From assembly GCA_963706575.1 (NCBI GenBank), contig CAVPNL010000003.1:32001-96000 (forward strand): a stretch of 64,000 bases of DNA, read 5' to 3'. Positions 51,451 through 61,650 of this stretch are shown here, in pieces (within the stretch, counting starts at the first letter, position 1; the number at the start of each line of letters is the position of its first letter). The position numbers and the translations under genes are program-made. This stretch comes from an uncultured delta proteobacterium (GTDB lineage Bacteria; Desulfobacterota; Desulfobacteria; Desulfobacterales; JAHEIW01). The notes beneath the pieces were generated by a model. The model was not told where the DNA came from. It searched no databases and saw only the letters and a list, made by a program, of their open reading frames with translations.

Positions 51451-53031
51451 CTACCAATTGGTTGCGGGTTTGGGCGTGCCGCGGTGATAGGGCGGATACA
51501 ATTCGGTTTCAAAATCCGAACCCATGATTTCGTCAACCACCATCACTGCACCCAACGAGGCGCCATCAACGCCACCTCCCCACAGGCGCTCGCCGTATTG
51601 GTCCCCGACAAAGAACAGGCCATCCACATAAGGGCTCCTGAGAGGTGGTCGTTTCTCCCCTATTGGACGCCAGTTTCCGTAAGCCTCGTCTGACGGTGTC
51701 CAAATCACAAATTCCACATTTTCTTCCCAACCCTTGAAGGTCTTTTTGAACCAGTCCATGCAGTAATTGATGACCCGCGCAACCTTCTTAGGATCGCGCA
51801 TTTCCTGATCGGTCAAGGCGGTGGAAAAACAAAAATCACGCTTGCCTTCCGGCGCCCTTTTGGCGCAAGCGGCGAAATTCCACATCACCATGTCTACCGC
51901 TCCGACGAAACCCTCGTGTTTTATAATGCCGGGCATCCAAATAAAGCTGCGTTCATCGACTCCGAATTCTTCCCAAATATTATTCCTTAAACCCATGTAG
52001 CCCGTCAGCAGCCCGGCTGACCAGTATTTATTCTGGAGCAGATTAACCCATTCCGAAGGGAAATGTCGTGGATGCAGAACATTGAAAATATGTTTGGGAG
52101 GGATGTTGCAGATGACCGTATCGCACTCGATGGATTCATAGCCGCCATCCTGTGAGCGTATTACGACGCCTCTTACTTTTCCGCCATCGATGATGATCTC
52201 CTCGACCGGTGTGGACCGTCGAATCTCACCCCCGGCCGCATTCAAGGCTTCTTCCATTGCCAGGGGTATCGCCATGCATCCGGGTTCGGCTATCGTGGCC
52301 ACCGACCCGCTGTGCAGGTTCATTTTAATATCCCGGGCCATGGCCATGTAGCCGAGAAAGTCTCCGGCAGGCGCCATGCGCGGCTCCGCCATGGCGTTTT
52401 GGCAGGCCATGACCACTTTGATATAGTCGTAGGCTTCCTCGTTTTCCGTCAGGCCTCTTTCTTCGAGCCAGGTTTGGACATCGGTTTGCATGGCGGCCGC
52501 GCATTCTTCCATGGAAAGTTGACCCATGGACCTCAGGGCCGCCAGTGTCTCGCGATACCCTTTCTCGCTTTGCCACTTATAAGGTTCCCTTGGCTGTACC
52601 TGATAAATGCTGCTGTCACGGTGGTCGACAAAACCCAGACCTTTGTTCACCGGCAGATCGACGGGTTTTCCGAGATGATCCAGCAAGAGGCGACAACGCG
52701 ATTTATTCCCCCAGAATAATCCATGGCCGCCGTTTTCGAAAGTATATCCGTCCAACAAACCTTTTTCGAAGATGGTCTTTAAATCCGGCTCACAGTGCGT
52801 TGCCCAGCAGCGGGTATCCGCCAGGGATTTCATCAAACCGCGATAGTCCAGTTCACGCCCGTCGATGGTAACCTTGTCACCCTTGCCGGTATAAGAAGCC
52901 ACGCGTCCACCGATATGCGGCGCTTTTTCCAATACGAGCACTTTTTTGCCATGGTTTTTTGCCAAAAGAGCAGCCGTGCCGCAACCGCCGATACCGGAAC
53001 CGACAATGACGACATCATATTCTTGTGCCAT
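51451..53031 (-). CDS. FAD-dependent oxidoreductase, phytoene-desaturase/CrtI-like superfamily
   Basis: GSGIGG, LEK..HIGGR, RAPEGK, GLFFVGD, GGGVDGA. Confidence 0.8.
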   Translation of the reverse strand: MAQEYDVVIVGSGIGGCGTAALLAKNHGKKVLVLEKAPHIGGRVASYTGKGDKVTIDGRELDYRGLMKSLADTRCWATHCEPDLKTIFEKGLLDGYTFENGGHGLFWGNKSRCRLLLDHLGKPVDLPVNKGLGFVDHRDSSIYQVQPREPYKWQSEKGYRETLAALRSMGQLSMEECAAAMQTDVQTWLEERGLTENEEAYDYIKVVMACQNAMAEPRMAPAGDFLGYMAMARDIKMNLHSGSVATIAEPGCMAIPLAMEEALNAAGGEIRRSTPVEEIIIDGGKVRGVVIRSQDGGYESIECDTVICNIPPKHIFNVLHPRHFPSEWVNLLQNKYWSAGLLTGYMGLRNNIWEEFGVDERSFIWMPGIIKHEGFVGAVDMVMWNFAACAKRAPEGKRDFCFSTALTDQEMRDPKKVARVINYCMDWFKKTFKGWEENVEFVIWTPSDEAYGNWRPIGEKRPPLRSPYVDGLFFVGDQYGERLWGGGVDGASLGAVMVVDEIMGSDFETELYPPYHRGTPKPATNW

Positions 53032-53121
53032 ACGATACCTCCCTTTGCTGTTTAGTTCGAAATAAGTGTTTTTGGGTATTCATTCACGGGTGAGTAAAAA
53101 AAGATTTTAAGTTGAAAAAGG

Positions 53122-53137
53122 AGCAATTTAAATGCCA
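53122..53137 (-). promoter_or_regulatory. sigma54 promoter of the main catabolic operon
   Basis: TGGCATTTAAATTGCT. Confidence 0.78.
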
Positions 53138-53207
53138 ATGTTAATAATTTTTATATATGCTATTATTTGAATGGCTTACACACAACGACCACAGATAGTG
53201 CCCGTTC

Positions 53208-53248
53208 ATGCACAATATATTGCACTTTGTGAACAAAATATTGTGCAT
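53208..53248. promoter_or_regulatory. Putative enhancer (UAS) for the adjacent sigma54 activator
   Basis: ATGCACAATAT-N19-ATATTGTGCAT inverted repeat 70-110 bp upstream of the sigma54 site. Confidence 0.6.
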
Positions 53249-53253
53249 TTGAC

Positions 53254-53282
53254 TTGACACCCCTTACGCCTCTTTTTAAGAT
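53254..53282 (+). promoter_or_regulatory. sigma70-type promoter of the activator gene
   Basis: TTGACA-N17-TAAGAT. Confidence 0.65.
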
Positions 53283-53318
53283 ATCATCGTTTATCTAACG
53301 ACTTAGACGTGTAACGAG

Positions 53319-56300
53319 GTGATGATGAAAAATGCCGCTAATCCAAGAGAACCATCCGATGAAATCCAAAATCTATTGTCCATCAGTGCCCTGTTTAAGG
53401 GGACCTTCTCGATCGATTGGTTACTGGAGCTTTTGGCGGAATGGAAGCCTTCCCAAATTTTGTCTCATTTGGAAGCGGCTGCAAATGAAGGCCTGCTGGA
53501 AAAAAAAGAGCCGGGGAACTACTGTTTTGCTGATGAAAAAAAGCGATCTGAATGGATAAACCCGCTTTCGGAAGATGAAAAACGGCAATTGCATGTCCAG
53601 ATTGCTGATATTTTGATGCGGGATTTACCTGATAATGGACCAAAAGCTTACGCTTTAGCATATCATCTTATCCATATCCCAAACGATACAGAAAGATGCC
53701 ATTACTTGATTAAAGCGGGCGATCTTCATATGAAGGCCTTCTGCACCGAGGATGCGCTTCAGTGTTATAGTAAAGTTCTGGAGGACCTTTCAAATCTAAA
53801 CGACCAGGAGAGTGATCGTCTGTTTTATGAAACCGCTGTTAAATATTCCAAAATTTCGACGGCTCGACATGACACCGAAAAAGTTCTATCAATTATCAAG
53901 GAAGCGTACGCACGTGCGCAGAAACGGAACAATAAAGGATTTCAAGCACTTTTGTTGATGCACAGGGCCAAGAATGAATGGTTAAGATCGCGGTATCAGA
54001 GTGCGCTGAAAGAATTTGAGAATGGATGGGCACTGGCAAAAGAATTAAACGATCCGAGCATCTTGAAGTCGGCCACCACCTTTAGTGCCTTTTTTCTCTT
54101 CTGGCAGGGACGATTCAAAGATGCGGTTCAAATTTACGAAAAATCCGTCGCCGATATTGAAAAGTATCCCCGGGGAGGCTTTCCACTATTGGCCGTCATA
54201 ACCGTGGGCTATTGTTATTCCCAAATCGGGCAGGTCACACAGGGATTGGGAATGCTGGACGCGATCCGCAACCAGTGTCTGCAAAAGAATGATATCCATC
54301 TGGCGTCTTACACAGCCGCGAACTTAGGTAACATTTTAATCGAAATCGGTAGAATTGATGAAGGTATCCAATTTCTAAAGAAGTCAGCAAAAGAAGCGCG
54401 AAAGGCCCATAATGATTGGGTCTTGATCATGGGAAAAAAGGTCCTGGCCTATGCCTACTATTTGAGAGGTGAAAATAAACAAGCCGTTCGCTATCTTTCC
54501 AAGTTTTTGCGGGAAAGCCGCAAGGTCAAAGCGACCGTTTATTTATACCCCTATCTGATGGAACTCTGCCTTGCAATGAAAAAGGGAGATCTGCCACCAA
54601 TTGAAGGACTATCCTTAGAAAAAATAATTCAATCCACGATAAGGGGTAAAAACATTTTCCTAAAGGGGGTGGCCTATCGATACGAGGCAATTCTAAAAAA
54701 GAGGTCGGGACAGCCAAATGAGAAAATTATCCAGTCTTTAAAAAAATCGATGAAATGGCTTGAAGAGTCGGGACAGCAGATCGAGCTTTCTAAAACCAAA
54801 ATCGAACTGGCTCGCATTTACATCTCCACGAGAAAGGATGAGAAAGCCAAAGATATCATCCATCTTGCATCAAAAACCCTGGGCTCCGTTAATGAAGCGC
54901 TCATCCCCGATGATCTTCGGGCCTTCATTGAGGATCGGCTTCTCGGTGAAAAACTTCTTAAGGAAATTCTCAATCTGGGGCAGGAAGTGGTGACCATTCG
55001 TGACAATCGTGAATTGGTCCAGCACATTTTATCCACATTAAATCGAATTACAGGAGCTGAACGGGGAGGAATCTTTTTATGGGATGAGAAAACAGATCCA
55101 CCCAGATTGGTGGTTAGAGGATCCAAAAATCTCACATCCGATCAAATTTCTGACAAAAGTTTTGCATCCTCGATGAAATTGATCGAGGAAGTCGCTTTGT
55201 CCGGCAAGGGGCGTATTCTTAGTAGCCGCGATGAAAAAAAAGATGAGTCGTCAACGACAGACGACATCATTTTTTCACGAATTTGTGTTCCAATGATCCT
55301 GCGAGACAAAACAGTTGGTGTACTCTACCATGATAACCGGCTTCTAAGCAGTGCGTTTAAGGCCTCGGATCTTGAACTGCTTTCTTATTTTGCAGCACTG
55401 GCCGCTTTTGCGCTCGATAATTCCAGTGCCTACGAAGAAATCAAGAGACTAAATCAGAAGCTCAGTGAAGAAACACGATATTATAAGGAAGAGCATCTTT
55501 CGACACTTCATTTTGAAGATATCGTCGGTGAAAGTTCAGCGATAACGAACGTTCTTTCAAAAGTGGATCAGGTGAGCGAAACGGATGCGACAGTTATGAT
55601 TAGTGGAGAGACGGGCGCCGGTAAAGAGCTGGTGGCAAGAGCCATTCATCGCTACAGTGACCGAAGGAACAAGCCTTTTATCCGGGTTCACTGCAGTGCC
55701 CTTCCTGAAAGCCTTATCCCCAGCGAGCTATTCGGGCACGAAAAGGGCGCCTTCACAGGCGCTACTCAACGGCGACTTGGAAGGTTCGAGTTAGCAGATG
55801 GTGGAACCCTTTTTCTTGATGAAATTGGAGACCTTAGCCTGGACATTCAAGTTCGGCTTCTGCGGGTACTTCAGAGCAAGGAATTTGAAAGGGTTGGGGG
55901 GAGTGAAACCCTGAGCTCCGATTTCAGATTGGTTGTGGCCACCAACAGCGATCTTGAAAAAAAAGTTAAGGAGCAGAAGTTTCGGGCAGATCTTTACTAC
56001 CGCCTTGCCGTCTTTCCGATTTATGTGCCGCCCCTGAGGGAAAGAAAAGAAGATATTCCTCTTCTGGCGCACTATTTTCTCCAAATATACTCCAAGAAGA
56101 GAGGTAAAAAGTTTTCAAAGATACCGGATTCAGAAATGGAAAAGCTCTTTTTATACGATTGGCCTGGGAATGTTCGTGAATTGGAAAATATTATTGAAAG
56201 AGGAACCATTCTGAATAAGGGTCCCAAATTCAGAGTTCCCGAGCTCGGAACACATCATACGGAATTTTCTCATTATGATGGAAACATCACTTTAAGGGAG

Positions 56301-56459
56301 AATGAACGCAGGCATATTATCCAAACCCTTAAAAAAACGGGCTGGAAGGTCAGGGGTAGAGCTGGGGCAGCAGAGTTGTTAGACCTGCCGCCTTCCACTC
56401 TGGCCTTTCGCATGAAGAAACTCGGGATTCAGAGACCCAAGAAAACATCCCGGCAGTAG
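53319..56459 (+). CDS. sigma54-dependent activator with long helical/TPR-like N-terminus, GAF, AAA+ and Fis-HTH
   Basis: GETGAGKE, ELFGHEKGAFTGA, LFLDEIG, WPGNVRELEN, AAELLDLPPSTL. Confidence 0.93.
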   Translation: MMMKNAANPREPSDEIQNLLSISALFKGTFSIDWLLELLAEWKPSQILSHLEAAANEGLLEKKEPGNYCFADEKKRSEWINPLSEDEKRQLHVQIADILMRDLPDNGPKAYALAYHLIHIPNDTERCHYLIKAGDLHMKAFCTEDALQCYSKVLEDLSNLNDQESDRLFYETAVKYSKISTARHDTEKVLSIIKEAYARAQKRNNKGFQALLLMHRAKNEWLRSRYQSALKEFENGWALAKELNDPSILKSATTFSAFFLFWQGRFKDAVQIYEKSVADIEKYPRGGFPLLAVITVGYCYSQIGQVTQGLGMLDAIRNQCLQKNDIHLASYTAANLGNILIEIGRIDEGIQFLKKSAKEARKAHNDWVLIMGKKVLAYAYYLRGENKQAVRYLSKFLRESRKVKATVYLYPYLMELCLAMKKGDLPPIEGLSLEKIIQSTIRGKNIFLKGVAYRYEAILKKRSGQPNEKIIQSLKKSMKWLEESGQQIELSKTKIELARIYISTRKDEKAKDIIHLASKTLGSVNEALIPDDLRAFIEDRLLGEKLLKEILNLGQEVVTIRDNRELVQHILSTLNRITGAERGGIFLWDEKTDPPRLVVRGSKNLTSDQISDKSFASSMKLIEEVALSGKGRILSSRDEKKDESSTTDDIIFSRICVPMILRDKTVGVLYHDNRLLSSAFKASDLELLSYFAALAAFALDNSSAYEEIKRLNQKLSEETRYYKEEHLSTLHFEDIVGESSAITNVLSKVDQVSETDATVMISGETGAGKELVARAIHRYSDRRNKPFIRVHCSALPESLIPSELFGHEKGAFTGATQRRLGRFELADGGTLFLDEIGDLSLDIQVRLLRVLQSKEFERVGGSETLSSDFRLVVATNSDLEKKVKEQKFRADLYYRLAVFPIYVPPLRERKEDIPLLAHYFLQIYSKKRGKKFSKIPDSEMEKLFLYDWPGNVRELENIIERGTILNKGPKFRVPELGTHHTEFSHYDGNITLRENERRHIIQTLKKTGWKVRGRAGAAELLDLPPSTLAFRMKKLGIQRPKKTSRQ

Positions 56460-56499
56460 ACCTGTTCGAAATCCCCGCCGTCTAAATGAGGATTCGATC

Positions 56500-58509
56500 T
56501 CAGCCGAGTTGATAGCAGGTTTTGCCGAATAATTTCTGATTTAAGCCAATTAGATCGGCCCATTTCATGGGGCCGCCCTTTTCAGGAGGAAAACCTGTAC
56601 CCCAGATCATGCCAATGTCAATCATTCTCGGATCATCGACGATTCCTTTTTTCAACAAATCCTGACCAACCCTAACCATATCTTCGAGCACCTTTGTCTG
56701 CATTTCCTCAGCGGTCATCTCGAACTTTTCTTGATATGCTATAAGGGGAAATATTTCCGGATCCACGCTCCCATCCTTGAGAAAGAACCCTTTGCCGGAT
56801 TTTTTGAGACCCAGACGCCCATCCTTCACCACATTTTTTAAAGTATTTTGCTCGATCCCCTTACCCACGACCACATTGTAACTGACATCGATTCCCACCT
56901 CGTCGATCAGCCGAATCGGACCGAGTGGCATGCCAAATTGCACAAATGCTTCATCTACTTTTTCCACCGGATTGCCTTTTTCAACAAAATCGAGTGCGTC
57001 CATGAAGTAAGGGAAAAGAACCGCATTGACGATAAAACCAGGATTATCATTGCAAATGATGGGGCGTTTTCGAATTTCGCCGGCAAAATTCAGGAGATTG
57101 TCAATGGTATCTGGATTCGTTTTTTCTCCGCGTATTATTTCCACAAGCTGCATGAGCCAAACCGGTGAAAAGAAATGGACACCGGCAAATCTGGCCGGAT
57201 TTGCAACATGCGGTTGCAGCGAACTAAGGGGTATGGAGGATGTATTCGTTGCCAGGATACAGTCATCCTTCACTGTTTTGGATATTTCCTTGTAGACCTG
57301 GGCTTTTACGTTAATATCCTCATACACAGCCTCAATAACGAGATCCACATCATTGAATTCCTCCGTATAATCGGAAACGACTGTCAAGCGGCTCATGATG
57401 TCATCCACAGGGCTTTTGATCTTTTTCTTTTCGGATAGACCGTCAAATATCTTCCTTATAAAAGCTTTTCCGGCCTTCAGAGATTCGGGGATGTCTTTCA
57501 CTATGACCTCAATCTCGGTATTCCTCAAGACATCAATTGCAATTCCTCGCCCCATAGTACCAAAACCCAAAATGGCGATTTTCTTGAGCGGCTTGGGTTC
57601 GAAGTCCGTGCTCATCATGGCTTTAGGTTTGTCGCTCATGGTTTTCAGGAAAAAGGTATGGATACTTCCTTTGGCTTGATTCGAAAGTACGGCTTCAAGA
57701 AAATTGCGCTTTTCAATCTCCAGCCCTTCATCCAATGAAACTTTCACCCCTTCTTGTATGGATTCAATGGCAAGCATCAGACCGGGGATTTCTCTCCCTT
57801 TTGTCGTTTTCAGAACTTCCTGTTGGGCCTGATTGGCTGCGTCATCAATTTTTGAAAAATCGTGTTTTTTCCTCTTCAGCACATCTTCTGCGGAAATGAT
57901 CTCTGTTAAAAATTTAACCGCCTCATCAGTAAGATTACTTTCTTCTGGGATCAATTTGTCAATAATCCCATGCTGATACGCCTCGGAAGCCGGAAATACC
58001 CTGCCCTTTAAAATGAGCTCGATTGCGCTGTATCCGATAAGACGGGGGAGTCTCTGGGTCCCCCCTCCTCCCGGAAATATGCCCAAGCTGCATTCAGGAA
58101 GACCGAGTAGCGTCGTTTTTGACTCCTTTGCGATCCTAGCCGTGCACGCTAGTGCAAACTCGAGACCCCCACCCAGACAATGTCCTTCGATTGCAGCAAG
58201 TGTCGGATAATTTAAATGACTCATTCTTCGAAAGGTATTTTGAAATATGTCCAATTGCTTTAGCGTTTCTTCTCTATTTTTCATTTGATCGAGCATTTTG
58301 AGATTAGCACCAGCATGGAAAGTGCCAGGTTTCCTTGAAATAAAAATAACGCCTTTGGTGTCTTTAGCATTTTCCAGATCATCTAACAGCCCGATAAATT
58401 CATTAATCGCTTCTTTGGTCCAGGTGTTCATGACTTCACCCGGTACATCAAAGCTTACAACCCCGATGTCACCGATTTTATCCCATTTAAAGATTTTGTA
58501 ATTGCTCAT
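56500..58509 (-). CDS. Multifunctional enoyl-CoA hydratase/3-hydroxyacyl-CoA dehydrogenase (FadB/FadJ-like)
   Basis: GGGLE, LPE, GFGTMG, TNTSS, HFFSPV, GPIRLID.VG.D. Confidence 0.92.
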   Translation of the reverse strand: MSNYKIFKWDKIGDIGVVSFDVPGEVMNTWTKEAINEFIGLLDDLENAKDTKGVIFISRKPGTFHAGANLKMLDQMKNREETLKQLDIFQNTFRRMSHLNYPTLAAIEGHCLGGGLEFALACTARIAKESKTTLLGLPECSLGIFPGGGGTQRLPRLIGYSAIELILKGRVFPASEAYQHGIIDKLIPEESNLTDEAVKFLTEIISAEDVLKRKKHDFSKIDDAANQAQQEVLKTTKGREIPGLMLAIESIQEGVKVSLDEGLEIEKRNFLEAVLSNQAKGSIHTFFLKTMSDKPKAMMSTDFEPKPLKKIAILGFGTMGRGIAIDVLRNTEIEVIVKDIPESLKAGKAFIRKIFDGLSEKKKIKSPVDDIMSRLTVVSDYTEEFNDVDLVIEAVYEDINVKAQVYKEISKTVKDDCILATNTSSIPLSSLQPHVANPARFAGVHFFSPVWLMQLVEIIRGEKTNPDTIDNLLNFAGEIRKRPIICNDNPGFIVNAVLFPYFMDALDFVEKGNPVEKVDEAFVQFGMPLGPIRLIDEVGIDVSYNVVVGKGIEQNTLKNVVKDGRLGLKKSGKGFFLKDGSVDPEIFPLIAYQEKFEMTAEEMQTKVLEDMVRVGQDLLKKGIVDDPRMIDIGMIWGTGFPPEKGGPMKWADLIGLNQKLFGKTCYQLG

Positions 58510-58576
58510 CAACCAATCCTCCCCGATCTTAAACAAACTCAGTCCGACAAGCCTGATATTTTGGGCTGTCCTATCA

Positions 58577-58867
58577 TTAATTAGAGCCCCGGCGGGTGCC
58601 ATTCTCCAATGTCATAAATTTAGGAAGATGTTTCAGGCTTACATTTTGCCTGATTTCATTCAGATATTTCCTGCCCTCACGTGTAATATGGGTAAGGCCT
58701 CCCAGATCCAAGTGTATGGCGAGGTATCTTTTCAGACAACGATCAAAAACGCCTTGAATCACAGGTAGCGCAGTCAGATCAAGTACACCCTCCAATTTGA
58801 TGGTGATGGTGTTTGGGTCTATTATGGTTTCTTCGATATGAATCATAAGATTAAGGCCTATTCTCAA
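58577..58867 (-). CDS. Small STAS-like domain protein
   Basis: IKLEGVLD...LDLGGLTHITREG pattern. Confidence 0.6.
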   Translation of the reverse strand: MRIGLNLMIHIEETIIDPNTITIKLEGVLDLTALPVIQGVFDRCLKRYLAIHLDLGGLTHITREGRKYLNEIRQNVSLKHLPKFMTLENGTRRGSN

Positions 58868-58901
58868 TCAGAGATTTTTAAGAAGTTATATGAAAATAAA
58901 A

Positions 58902-58917
58902 TGCAAAATGAGTGCCG
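58902..58917 (-). promoter_or_regulatory. sigma54 promoter for STAS-fadB
   Basis: CGGCACTCATTTTGCA. Confidence 0.7.
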
Positions 58918-59299
58918 ATAAAACTTGACAGATCGAAAACATCATCAGCGCCGGGGTAGAGATCAAAGCGCGCTTATAAGCTAAACCATTTGAAAATCAA
59001 CAGTTATTTAGCGACATTCCTGGTTGACCTTTATTTGCTTTAATCTTGGTTATGAACGAATAGAAAAGAATGAAACGCGCTAAAAAAGTCCTGTTGGTTT
59101 GAGAATGAATTCAGATTCAAGCGCCAGAAACGCAATATACGGTTTTTTAAAAATCGAAATGCTGTGCATTGTTGCGCGGAATAGAGTATAAAATAGAGAT
59201 TTGATTTCCAATTTGCAAGGTGCAAGCCTCAGAAAAACAAATATTTAGCGACCTTATTAGGGATATGGCTCCGTCTGTGTCCTTTCGATGGAACGCCAA

Positions 59300-59315
59300 T
59301 GGCACGCATCTGGCA
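59300..59315 (+). promoter_or_regulatory. sigma54 promoter for thiolase-SDR
   Basis: TGGCACGCATCTGGCA. Confidence 0.68.
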
Positions 59316-59392
59316 TTAAGAGAACGCGTCAAGCTGTTTAGCGGTTTCAATCCATTCCAATTCCCTGAATCATAACATGCAGGAGGTAAAAT

Positions 59393-60586
59393 ATGGATTT
59401 GAATGATGTTGTCATTGTCTCAGCCGTTCGCAGCGCGATCGGCACTTACGGTGGTCAATTTAAAAACATTAAAGGGGTACCGTTGGGTGTGCCGGTCATG
59501 GCTGAAGCCATCAAGCGAGCTAAAATAGATCCGGCAGTTATCGATGACGTGGGTTGGGGATGCTGCTACCAACGCGCCAAAAATGAAGTCAATATCGCGC
59601 GGGTGACAGCTATTAAAGCCGGCGTTCCGGTTGAGGTTCCGGCCTACACCGTGATGCGTGTCTGCACGTCATCCATGTGGGCAATTGCCCAGGGATGTAT
59701 GGCGATTCGCCAGGGGTATAACTCCGTGTTTTTGACAGGTGGCGTAGAAAGCATGAGCACGGTACCGTATACCATAGAATCCCTGCGTTGGGGGGCCCGC
59801 ATGGACCATGTGGAAGTAAGAGATATGATGTGGGATGGGGTGACAAGCATCGGGGTTGGCCCTGCGATGGGGATCACGGCGGAGAACCTTGCTCAAAAGT
59901 ACAATATCAGCCGGAAGGAACAGGATGAACTGGCCTGTCAAAGTCATATGAAGGCCACGGAGGCCATCAATAGCGGTAGATTTAAAGAAGAGATCGTTCC
60001 GATTGAAATACCCGGTTCCAGGGGAAAACCAACCATAGTGGACACGGACGAACATCCAAGACCGGATACCACCGTTGATGCCCTGGCCAAATTAAATCCC
60101 ATATTTAAAAAAGACGGCACGGTTACTGCCGGCAACGCCTCAGGGATCAATGACGGGGCGGCCGCGATGGTTATCATGCTGAAGTCCAAAGCAGATGAGC
60201 TCGGCGTCAAACCGATGGCCCGGATTGTGGATTTCAGCGTCGTCGGTGTTGACCCGGATTACATGGGATGGGGTCCGGTGCCGGCCACGGAAAAACTGAT
60301 GCAAAGAACCGGCCTAAAACTGTCAGATATGGGCTTAATAGAGATTAATGAGGCCTTTGCGGCTCAATATCTGGCATGCGAGATGGGGCTTGGACTTACA
60401 AAAAAGCGTGAGATTATCAACGTAAACGGCAGTGGCATCTCTTTAGGACATCCGGTGGGAGCCACTGGAGCCAGACTCGTTATAACCTTGCTGCATGAAA
60501 TGAGGCGACGCAATGTGCAGCATGGACTGGCAACATTATGCGGCGGCGGCGGCCTGGGAATGGCCATGATAATTGAATTGCCTTAG
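59393..60586 (+). CDS. Acetyl-CoA C-acyltransferase (classical thiolase)
   Basis: VCTSS, NEAFA, GHPVGATG, CGGGG; strong AGGAGG RBS. Confidence 0.94.
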   Translation: MDLNDVVIVSAVRSAIGTYGGQFKNIKGVPLGVPVMAEAIKRAKIDPAVIDDVGWGCCYQRAKNEVNIARVTAIKAGVPVEVPAYTVMRVCTSSMWAIAQGCMAIRQGYNSVFLTGGVESMSTVPYTIESLRWGARMDHVEVRDMMWDGVTSIGVGPAMGITAENLAQKYNISRKEQDELACQSHMKATEAINSGRFKEEIVPIEIPGSRGKPTIVDTDEHPRPDTTVDALAKLNPIFKKDGTVTAGNASGINDGAAAMVIMLKSKADELGVKPMARIVDFSVVGVDPDYMGWGPVPATEKLMQRTGLKLSDMGLIEINEAFAAQYLACEMGLGLTKKREIINVNGSGISLGHPVGATGARLVITLLHEMRRRNVQHGLATLCGGGGLGMAMIIELP

Positions 60587-60777
60587 TCGAAAAGGCCAGA
60601 CGCATTATTTTGCGTCAGATACAAAAAAATAATTTCCGGTTTTCAGAATAAAAGGGCATATTCATTCACCTGCTGCCCGCTGAATCATTGTGACCCGATC
60701 AAACAGGTGGGTCTTTATAAGAATCAGAAAACGACCCGCTCTCTAAACTCCGGCAAAACGAATTATTAGGCTGAAAA

Positions 60778-61545
60778 ATGAAAGAACACCTATTAAAAAA
60801 AACTGGATTAATTGTCGATTTAAATGCAAAGACAGCTATCATCACCGGAGCAGCTGGCGGTATTGGCCAAGCCGTAGCCGACGCTGTTTTTGATGCAGGC
60901 GCCAACGTGTTTGCAGTCGACCAATCAGAAATAAACAGGCAAAACGATCCTAAAAAGGAAGGAACATATATTTGCCATGTGGCCGACGTCAGCTGCGCAT
61001 CTTCGGTGGAAACTATTATTAAAAAATGTCTGAATGATATTGGCCCACCGGATATTCTCATAAATATTGCCGCTATCAGCACCCCCAGCCCGGTCCGCGA
61101 TATGACCCTGGAAAATTGGAACCATAACCTGGACGTAAATCTGACATCTGTTTTTTTATGCAGCCAAGCAGTGCTTCCTTACATGATCGAGCTTGGTAAA
61201 GGGTGTATCATAAATTTCTCTTCAATGATTGCAAGAACGGGCGGAGAAACCAGCGCGCACTACTCAGCGGCAAAATCCGGCATAGAAGGCTTCAGCCGAA
61301 GTCTGGCAAGAGAGGTCGGCCCCGCCGGAATCCGAATCAATGTCATCGCACCGGGGATGATCGACACCCCGATGCTGGATTTGATGCCGCAAAACCAGCT
61401 TCAAAAGCTCATCAAGCGGATACCGCTGAGACGCGTCGGAAATCCTCATGATATAGTTGGTCTTACTTTACTGCTGGCCTCTGACGCGGGAAATTATATC
61501 ACTGGCCAAACATTTCATATAAATGGTGGTCTATATATGAATTGA
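60778..61545 (+). CDS. FabG-like SDR oxidoreductase
   Basis: TGAAGGIG, YSAAK, APGMIDT. Confidence 0.88.
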   Translation: MKEHLLKKTGLIVDLNAKTAIITGAAGGIGQAVADAVFDAGANVFAVDQSEINRQNDPKKEGTYICHVADVSCASSVETIIKKCLNDIGPPDILINIAAISTPSPVRDMTLENWNHNLDVNLTSVFLCSQAVLPYMIELGKGCIINFSSMIARTGGETSAHYSAAKSGIEGFSRSLAREVGPAGIRINVIAPGMIDTPMLDLMPQNQLQKLIKRIPLRRVGNPHDIVGLTLLLASDAGNYITGQTFHINGGLYMN

Positions 61546-61650
61546 TTGTTGGCGTAGCGCTTAGTGAAGTCCGGCTTGGAAAGATAACGAAATGGAAGCC
61601 CTATATTTTGAAGATGTCAGAGTCGGAGAGACAATTACGGTTGGGGATTA

